A stretch of 64,000 bases of DNA from Cycas panzhihuaensis (lineage: Eukaryota > Plantae > Cycadophyta). Below the pieces are notes generated by a model, which was not told the origin of the DNA, searched no databases, and saw nothing but the letters and a program-made list of their open reading frames with translations. Numbering within the stretch: the stretch's first letter is position 1; each line of letters begins with the position of its first letter. The translations under genes were made by a program, and so were the position numbers. The DNA is taken from assembly GCA_023213395.1 (NCBI GenBank), contig CM041465.1, positions 58,969,741 through 59,033,740 of the forward strand, in the 5' to 3' direction. Shown piece after piece: positions 54,401 through 64,000 of the stretch.

Positions 54401-56104
54401 TAGATTTAATTCATCACTGATTTGGTCATATACAGGCCTTCTAACTGAGTCCATAATCCTGCTGTTGTCTACTCTGCTGCGATGTTAAATAGAACTTCAT
54501 CTGCTAAGCATAATCGTATTGTGCTAAGAGATTTTTTATCTAGATCATCCCATTTGTCATCCTCCATCCCTACAGGTTTCTTCATTTTGCCTGCAAGAGC
54601 TCTGTACAAACCTTATTGTACATGAACATCATACGCTTTCAGTTTTCACAACTCATTTCCACAACTCGAAGTTGTTCTTGCCATTGAATTTCTCTACCTT
54701 AAACTTTGCACTTGCTAGTTTCGCCATTTGGTGTAGAGAAAGCTGACACCAAAACCTTCACAAACTCACTGCAAAAATAAAAGTGGCTCTAATACCACTT
54801 CTTGAGAACCAAGGTCCCAACCCTTTTGCTGCCACCAAGATCTAAACTATTCTTGCAACTACTTATAGAAATTGAAACTAAAAATTACATGTAAGTTCTT
54901 AAACCAGAGATAAAATAAATAGACTGAACAAGAAAGCCAAGCACACAAATACACTCGATATAATGTGGTAAAACCCTAGCAGTGTGCTAGGGAAACATCC
55001 ACACAGGAAAGGTATAGATCTTTATTATCATAAAATGGAGAAAATGTACATAATCCTGCAGTAGAGTGCTCACAGCAATAACAATCAGCCACCCAACTCC
55101 TCACAGCACATTGAACAACCTCAACATAATGAAATTTGCCCTAAAGTGGGCTACATGAAAGATTCATACAAGGCACAAATCTGGACCATAGAATCTAGGG
55201 TATTTTTATTAGACGACCTTGATTCTCTTTACAATTTAATATAGTTTTCAGTGCTAATTTTTTAGATCATGGGCTATCACTCCTGAACCCTATCTTAGTG
55301 GGGGGTGTTCCATGCCCCCTACACCCCCCTGGCTAAGGGGGGCTCCTGCCCCCCTTGGAACCTCCCAATAAAGGTTTGGGGGGGAAATCGTGCTGCTAAC
55401 ATACCAAAATTTAAGCCTCTAACCATTGTTGTCACATTACCCAATAATCTCCACCTTGACAATAATTTACCTAGTACCTTTCTTAGACCCTTCATCATCT
55501 TTTCTGCAAGCTAAGAGAAGTCAAACACCATTTAAACTTCTCTAATGGTACTAGTTTTATGAATATATTAGCATAATTCTATTTTGTATCAACCTTCTCA
55601 AGTGCCACTCCACCTGCTTCCACAACGTGTCTAACAAAATGGTACTTAAGAGCAATATGCTTTATTCTATTATGATAAGCTAGATTCTTGGCTAAGTATA
55701 TGGCACTTTGACTGTCACAAAATACCTTTACCTTTCCTGTTTCCTTCCAAACTCAACCAATAGACCCTGTAACCAGATTGCTTCTTTACAAGCATGTGCT
55801 GCAACAACATATTCAACTTCTGTAGTTGATAATATAATTGTGCTATGCAATTTTGACATCCAACTAATTGGACCATTTGCAATAGTGAATACATAACCTA
55901 AAGTAGATATTCTCTTATCTAAATCTCCTACAAAGTCTGAATCAACATATTTACAAACATGATTATTTGTACCTCCACACCTCCCGCACCCCTTGTGTTG
56001 GGGCTCCATACCTTGGAACCCCCTGAGAAAGGTTTGAGGGGAAAACTGCATTGCTAACATGCCAAAATTTAAGCCTTCAACCATTGTTGTCACATTAGCC
56101 GACA
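45439..56104 (-). mobile_element. Copia F (Tnt1/Tork-like) tandem array: two complete units plus one deleted unit, with shared LTRs
   Basis: LTRs 45439-46085, 50088-50742, 54800-55446 and a partial at ~55976-56104; PBS at 50073-50085 and 54785-54797; PPT complements at 46086, 50743, 55447; gag starts at 50015 and 54727 (MAKLASAKFEVEKFNGKNNFELWK); single TSD tgaaa (45434-45438 / 56105-56109). Confidence 0.93.
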
Positions 56105-57260
56105 TGAAATTCAATGCTACTTCTCAAATTGGCAACCTTTAGAGATAAAATTTTTAGATGTGATGGGAGGTAGGCCATTTATGATGCCTAACTTTTTCAT
56201 TAACTTTAATGTATCTATAGGAAGATGGTCATACTTCAAATGCCAAATTTTATTTTCAGAATTCACAATGGTACATGCTTTTACACCCAATTTAGGGTTT
56301 ATAGGATCTGACATAAACCTATACATATCATTACATCTTATGCCTTTGGCTAGTATCTTGCCATCATTTTTCATGTCCATTATATAATAGTAGCCCTCTT
56401 CATTAAATACAGTTCTTAGCCCTTTCTTGCTAAGCTATGACACTGATAGAAGATTCATTTTTAAACCTAGAACAAGTAACACATTCCCTATTTTCTTTAT
56501 GTTCCCCTATAAATTGATAGCTATGGTACTAACTCCCTTTATATCTAGTGGATACTTATCACCTAGTTCAATAGATTTGTCAGTGTTATATGGTTTCAAT
56601 GACTCAAACCAATCTTCTTGACTGGTCATATGACAGGAGGTACCTAAATTAATATACCAAACATCTTTGTCTTATAAGCCTACAAAAAGGGTAGTAATGA
56701 ATGTTGTTTCTTCCTCCTCCCCCTCTATTTACTCCTTGCTATAGTTAACAAATGGACATTTTCTTCTCTGAATATTTGATCTTCTTTGTAGACATTGATA
56801 GGGATAATGACCTGGTTGTCCATAGTGATAATAAAGACCAAAAGCTCTACATGCACTTGAAAGATGACACCACTTCCCACAATTATAGCAAATCCTTGTG
56901 CCTCTTGTGCATTCATGATCTTTGTTATCCTGCCATTGACCACGAGCAGGACTCTTAGCATCCATAGTATGTCCTCTTCCATGTGATTGATTTCTTCCTT
57001 TGGGCTCCAAGTTCAATATGGACATAAAGGCATCCTCGATCTCTATTGTGCCTTCATAATGCTTATTCCTCTATCTCTGTCTTAGTAGTAAACTAGTTAA
57101 TGTATCAAGAGTTATTTTATCAATCTAGTTATTACTTGTTATAGTGTTGATGGTTACATCAAATTATTTTGGTAGCTTACTTGCTACCATTTCTACCAGT
57201 TCTTATTCTATGATAGTAACTCTAACGCTTAAGAGATTATTCTTTATTGAAACAACTTTA

Positions 57261-58912
57261 TGTTGGAATTTCTTAGTTCATGGTTCCCGAGATATATTAG
57301 TAATACATATTTATGTGCAATAACATTACTATGGGTCCTACACTATCATATCGTGTATTATAAATACACATGTGATGTATCATATCAATATCTATTATAA
57401 GGATGTTTTGTTAGTGTTAATTAAATTTGAGGTACCTTAAGGGTATCGTTCTGATCCTGAGGTATTTTTTTATGCTTTGCCAACCTTATTTTTCTATAGG
57501 TTTAGTTTTTCAACATGGTATCTGAGTGCCCAAGTTAAGCGAGTTTGCCAAAGTTGGATCATGTTTCCATTCGCTGGTTCATAGGTTTGTGATTATGGTG
57601 ATTATGTTCATAATTGTGTTGAAGTGTTCACTTTGTTCGTGGTTGGTATGCATTGTTGGCAGTTGTGGAGTTACCGCAGTTCTTATAAAAATTTAATGGA
57701 CTCACTATTGTTTGCCGCCTTGCACCTTTGAGTGATCTGTATGTGATTTATTAACCTATGTCGAAGCTTCATGTTGATCAATTCATTTGTTATCATTTCG
57801 TCTGTTGCCATATAACTACCTATGTGGAGAATCTTCTTCCACTTGCATCACTATTTCTGTGACCTTCCATTGTCACACCTCTACAAGTTCTACTACATAC
57901 CTACACTGTTGAAGCCATTATCAGTTATTAAGATTGTTGCATTACTCATAGAACTTTGTTGTATGTGATGCCTTATGTGGTGTAGTGGAAGTGTATTGGT
58001 GCCCACTATGGTGTAGAGAAGTGAAGTATGTTAGCACAATAGAAATGTGTCATCACCCTCTGTTCATGGTTCTATATTTTGGACATCTTTGCACCTACGT
58101 ATCTGATTTTTGTATAGCCTATTTTTTGCATGGACTGCCTACACTCTATTCATGGAGCAAACTTCCATTAATAACAATTTATTCTAAGTATCATGGAGCA
58201 TGCCCTATGTCAACTAGAAGTCTACCTCTATAGTTATGATTTATACAGATTTGTCTACCCCATGAGAAGTGTGCTAACCATCATTAAAAGAAACACAATT
58301 AAAACATAGGTGTAAATATTTACATAGGGGTTTTAATATTTTGGATTGAATCTCTAAGATTACACAGATTTTTTTGTAGAAGTGTTGAATTATAGTATGT
58401 GTGGTGCCCCTGTACTGCCCTGTATTAAGTTCTTAAAGATCTTCATATATGAAAGCAACCTACACCATCTACATCTATGATTTGATAAAACCCTAATCAA
58501 AGTTGAATGGACAACTACAAAAACAAAGAATACCATTCCGCTATAATTTTGCCTCTGTTCATAGCCTGTAAATATTTGGTGCTATTGCAATTCAGCCTGT
58601 AAGCTCTATCAAAGATCAATTCACCAATTCACAATAGATATTCTTTGAATTCATTGATTTGGAGTGATATTTTTGGCTTTGCAAATTGATTTGTCACATG
58701 TTTCAATGTAGGAAAATTTATACATAGGTGATTTTTGGACTTAGGTTATATATATTTTTTATGAAGATTTTATTAAATTAAATTATATTAAATTCCATTT
58801 AAAGTTTGCAGATGCAAAAATAGAATAACACATATTTAAATTTTTTTGCATAGTAAAAATTAGATTTAATTAAATTGAAATCCTATTTGGAATTTTCCCC
58901 ATATGCCTTTAG

Positions 58913-58954
<42 letters not shown>

Positions 58955-59997
58955 GGGTGCTAAACCCTAAATCTTTTTATATTTTATATATATATTTTTT
59001 TAAAAGGGTACTTATATATATATATATATATATTAATATCTTGAGTACTAAGAATCTGTTTCTCAAACCACCTAAACCGTTGGAATCCTGACTCAGAGCC
59101 CCATCGTTTTGGTATATGATTTGATATATTTTGATACTATTTTCATAGAGAAATTTTAGTCTAAATTTGGGTCTTTGTGTTAGATCCCTCTTTGGTAACC
59201 AGATAAAATTTTCTTTTGCACCTTTCACATCATTCTCTTACCTATTCCTTGATCCTAGACTAATCGTTATATGAGACCTAGAAGGCTATTATAGACTATT
59301 TTAAGAAAATTTATTGTAATATATATATTTGGATCCTACAAAGGACTTGGAGGCAGAAGGAGGCCTTAAAATCAAGGACATGGTTTCTATTATCTTGTTG
59401 ACAGAGTTGTGTGATTATGTATTTGAGATGATTTTTGTTGCTCATTTGATAAGTATAAAGGAGGTATTGAATTTAAGAAGATAAGACATATAGATTGATA
59501 TGTGATGTATTACAAAAAGGGGCTTGTTTGGCAATAATGTATGCATGAGTTTAGTGTATGGTTATATGTGGACATGTAGATTGATATGTAATGCATTGCA
59601 AAAAGGGGCTTGTTTGACAATAATATATACATGAGTTTGGTGTATGGTGATATGTGTGGCATAAGTCATGTTTTGAGTATTAAGATGACCAAGTGAAGTG
59701 TGATGTGTATTAGTGATTTAATGGCAACATGAGGCATGCATGATCTTTGTGAGATGTATGTGGTATGTATGAGGCATTGAATTGATGGTGAAGCAAGTGT
59801 TTTAGATACTCTTTGTATGTGAGGGACATGAGATATAAGAGAGTTTGTTGAGTATGATTAATGGGCAAGTTACCAATGTTAGGTGAGGGAGATACACTTA
59901 CAATCATGAAGGAGAATGACGTGGTCATATATGCTCATGAAACAAATGAATATTACTTAATGGATTTGCATCTTCTGATACCTAAGTGTAATGGAGA
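57261..59997 (+). mobile_element. LTR element G, 5' part with a non-coding interior; interrupted by H
   Basis: Candidate LTR 57261-57515 (tgttgg...tcaaca) then PBS-like TGGTATCTGAG at 57516; D's gag stops abruptly at 57260; no gag/pol motif in the next 2.5 kb. Confidence 0.65.
59488..59660 (+). repeat. ~85-bp tandem duplication in element G
   Basis: catatagattgatatgtgatgtattacaaaaaggggcttgtttg... is repeated at ~59573. Confidence 0.85.
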
Positions 59998-62900
59998 TGT
60001 TGAAGAGAGGTAACATGCACAATATCTGTAGGATCAAATAACTATCCATACATAGGTACCAAAAGACATTACACATGTACACATTTTTGGTAGGTGGAAA
60101 ACCCCTTCTAGGGAAGAAAAACCACCTCTCTAATTTGAAAATCTATTAACTTTAAAAACTTTACATAAAACTTTAATATAAATACCCTCTACATATAGAA
60201 ATCAGCCTTAAGATAGGCTTATGATAGCCTCCTAGATTCCTAGGACCAATTCTTAGAATTTAGGAGAGGCTATTTGAAGAATGAGAGGTTCGTTGAAATG
60301 GGTAGTTGCTTCTTTCAATGACTTTCACATAATATTTAATAATTAACATTAGTTTTTATAAAAATAAAGCTTTACATCGCTTAAATTTATATTTACACGT
60401 GATAAAAAAGGATAACATTAGTTTTTTTAACATCCTCCTTTAATGTTAACTTTTTGTACAATGGTAAAGGAAGTCTTCATCATATTGATCTCCCTTTGAT
60501 GGAGACTTCTTTTATCTTTAGTAAATCTCACTGGTTTAGAAACTTGACTTCATTCAATGACTTAGTAAGGATATCAACAACCTGTAGATTTGTAGGACAA
60601 TAAGATAAATGAACAATATTGTTAGTAATAAGATTATAAATAAAATGTTGATGTAATTCTATGTGTTTAGTTCTATAATGAGCAATTAGATTTGTAGCAA
60701 TAGAAATATCACATTGATTACCAACTTTAATTTTTATAGAAGAGTTAGGAAAAAGACCAATTTTATTTAAGAGATATTTAATCTAGAGTGCTTCTTTACT
60801 TTGCTTTAACAAGTGCTCAATATTCAGCTTCGGTTGTTGATAGGGCTAAAATCTACTTTTTTTTACCAGACCATGTGATAGGTAAGGAATCTAGAAAAAA
60901 TATATAATTTACTATTAACTTATGGTCATTTGAGTCACCCGTCCAATCTAAATTAGTATACCCTATTAAGGTTAGAGGATTACTGCGAGAATTATAAATT
61001 AAATTATAAAAGATATTATTTTGAAGATATTGAAGAATACGTTTAGCAGCTTTTCAATATGATTCGTGTGGATTTTGCATATAACACAAATATAAAGCAA
61101 CATTATAGGATATATCAGGTCAAGTATGTGTTAAATAAATAAGGTTGCCAATAAGCTGGCTATATAAAATTGGATCACACAAGGGTGTGGAACAATCAGT
61201 AGATAATTTTATTCTTGATTGTAAAGGATTAGAAATAGGTTTAGCATTTTTTATGTTAAACCGTTTAATTAGATCTAAAATATATTTTGGTTATGATATA
61301 GTTATTTTTGAATTATGTTGATAAATTTGTAATCTAAGAAAAGAATGTAAGAAACCTAGATCAGTTATTTTGAATTTAGTCATCAAGGTTGTTTTTAGTT
61401 GATGAATGTTGTTGTTTGAAGATCTGGTGATGATGATATCATCGACATACAAAATTAATATGGTAAGATTCTTATTTTCATATTTGAAATACAAATTTGG
61501 ATCACTGATATATCTAGTTTGAATTAGGTAGTCATCAACTTTCGTATACCAAGCTCGAGGAGCTTGTTTCAATCCATAGATTGATTTATTTAATTTACAA
61601 ACTAAATTAGGGTTGCCAATAAAATCAGCCGGTTAAGTCATGTAGATCTTTTCTTTAAGATCAGCATTTAGAAATGCACTTTTGACATCTATTTATTAGA
61701 TTTCTCAATTGAATTTAGCTACTAGAGCAATAATAGTTTTAATAGTATTCATCTTTGCAATAGCGGTAAAGGTTTTATTATAGTCTACACCATCAATTTA
61801 AGAAAATCTTCTCACAATTAGGCGAGCTTAAAACTTTTCAATAGCGCCTGTTGAATTGTATTTGGTTCTATAAACCCATTTACAATCAACTATGTTTTTC
61901 TTTGGTAGAAATGGAACAAGATCCCAAGTTAAATTCTTGTTTAAGGCATCAATTTAAATTTGCATGGCTTGTTGCTACAAGGGATTGTTACTTGCTTGTT
62001 TAAAGGTTTTAGGATCATTACTGACTATTATTTTTTCCATTAATGCATAGTTAACATGTAATTTTTGAGTGCAAGTTCTCTTGGTATATGAAGGATTGTC
62101 TACATCAGATCCAATGTTGGATAGTATTTTCTTTATCCATAGGGGCTATTTATTTGTGACTATTTCTATAGTCTTGGGTTGAGATGGAGAACTAGCTTGA
62201 GAAGAAAGATTTATTGCGGTTAGTTCAAATAGAGTCCAATTCTGGACTTGTGTGGATAAAGATTCTATAGTCTCAAGGTCAACTTATTTTTTAGAGGAGT
62301 AAACCAAATAGGTGTTAGTTAACAGATTCTTAATAGGAAGTTCTACATAAGTGGAGGTTGAAGAGGATCCTTCTTTGTCAAATATTATATCATGCAAAAT
62401 TGATATTTTATGCGTGATTGGATCTAAAAGTCTATAAGCTTTGCTCTCTTTACTGTATCCAACGAAGATTTATTTTTAACTTTTAGGATCTAGTTTCTTA
62501 CATTTTTCTTTAGGAACATGTCCCCACACAGTACTTCTAAAAATTCTCAGATGTTTAACTGAGGGTTTTTGTTTAAACCGTTTTTGTTCTTGGGCAACGT
62601 TTTGTAAATATTTACTAGGTAAATGGTTTAAAAGATAGTTGGAGCAGGCAATTACTTCTGCCCACAACTTTAAGTCAAGACTCTTTGCATGTAACATGCA
62701 TCGAGTCATTTCAATAAGAGTACAGTTCTTGGATTTAGTAACACTATTTTGCTGAAGAGTATAGGCAATAAAATGCTGAAATTAAATTTTGTGCCTCTTA
62801 TAGAAGGAAGTGAATTTGTTACTTAAGTATTCTTTGGTATTATCATATTTAAAAATTTTAATTTTTAAGTTTGATTAATTTTCTACAAGTGTTTTGAATT

Positions 62901-64000
62901 CAGTAAAGATATCAAACACTTGATTATGAGTCTTGAGTGTGTACACCCAATATTTTTTAAAAAAATTATCAATAAATGTGATAAAATAATGACAGCCAGA
63001 ATATGAAGTTACATGGAACGGTCCACATATATCAGAGTGAACAAGTTCAAGTGGAACTTTTACTTTGAATTGAGTCTAATATGGAAAGGGATCCATGCGT
63101 TGCTTACCTGTTATGCAGGCTTTACAAACACCATAGACAATAGTTAAAGGTGGGAGACCATGAATCATGTCATGTCTTTTTAGGTACTGAAGTTTGCCAT
63201 AACTAGTATGGCTGAATCGTGCATGCCATAGTTTATTGATTGGGTCAGATTTGGATATAAAGGTACTAAGGATTTTGTTTTAGTATTTTGTAAACTAGTT
63301 AAACTATGAAAACTTGTTTTATGATCAACAGGTCCATAGGCAATAAATTTGAATTTATTTAATGGTTCTTTAATAATAAATTGATCTTTCCAGAATTCAA
63401 TAACAAGGTCTTTCTGATTGATTTAGTAGATAGAAAGAAGATTTGGTAACAAATCAGGCACATAGAATACATCCTTGATTAAACCATCTTTCAAAGTGAC
63501 ATCACCTGATCCTTTCACTTTGAGTTAGGATCCACTTCCAAAAGAAATCTCTTCTTCAGAGTTAGTATCGGGTTGATAAGTAGATAAATTCTCCTAGTGT
63601 TTTGTTATGTGATGGGAAGCACCAGAGTCAAGAATTCATTGAGGTGATTGATTAGATGGAGCAACAAATGCAGAAGTTGTTACCATTAAAGAACAATTAT
63701 GAGATTGTGGTCGAGTTTATGGTCAGGATTGTGGTTGGGTTTGCAATCCCTTGGAAGCTTTCCAAGATTCTAAAGTTATTCTACTTTTGCAGACATCAAT
63801 AGTGTTGTCCTTTTTACGATAGTGGGCACAACTAATGTTCTGAGAAGGATTAACAGTGTTCTGATTTGAAAGAGACTAAATGGAAGTATTCTGATATTTA
63901 GGTGGACCAGAATACTTAGTATTATTTCGAGAACTAGGAGGTGGACCTCTATGAGGTTTTTAAAATTTTGGTTTACTATTAAAGTTGTTCTGATGTTTAG
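59998..64000 (-). mobile_element. Copia H (family A, close relative of E), truncated by the window end
   Basis: 3' LTR 59998-60432 similar to E's LTR; PPT complement tcctccttta; RH, RT (KQAPRAWY, LYVDD), INT, protease ILDSGASHH ~63610, zinc knuckle ~63800. Confidence 0.95.

Larger units (their letters stand above)
35855..57260 (-). mobile_element. Copia D, split into 35855-36330, 43125-45438 and 56105-57260 by nested E, F and G
   Basis: 3' LTR 35855-36079 plus PPT; reading frame continuous across the E insertion (IWLRQLLTDL/TTLNSNN) and the F insertion ([23 protein letters not shown]); zinc knuckle CYNCGKWCHLSSAC at ~56850; 5' end not in the window. Confidence 0.88.

Overview
AT-rich plant nuclear DNA from a large, apparently heavily methylated genome (species not determinable). 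It is dominated by decayed, nested LTR retrotransposons. 1.3-19.2 kb: a chromodomain-bearing Ty3/Gypsy element with a complete Ty1/Copia inserted in its integrase. From about 21.2 kb: the only host gene seen, on the + strand, encoding an unidentified coiled-coil protein. Seven phase-0 coding exons (23046-27828) give about 416 aa with no stop. After the donor at 27829 the rest of the window (>36 kb) looks like one intron filled by a second Gypsy and a nest of Copia elements: C contains D, D contains E, F and G, and G contains H. Main result: Copia E (36331-43124, minus) carries two intronless cytosolic enolase mRNA fragments. They are antisense to the element, in permuted order (aa ~103-290, then 5'UTR plus aa 1-76), and fused directly to an 18-nt copy of the tRNA-iMet 3' end at the PBS. 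This points to capture of host mRNA, possibly a circular template, during plus-strand transfer. Other observations: a stem-loop encloses the PPT/LTR junction in every Copia family present, with family-specific stem sequences; a 4-LTR tandem Copia array sits inside a single TSD and has a near-identical patch between otherwise diverged units; and there is a 122-bp near-perfect hairpin. All alignments and identities were done by eye.
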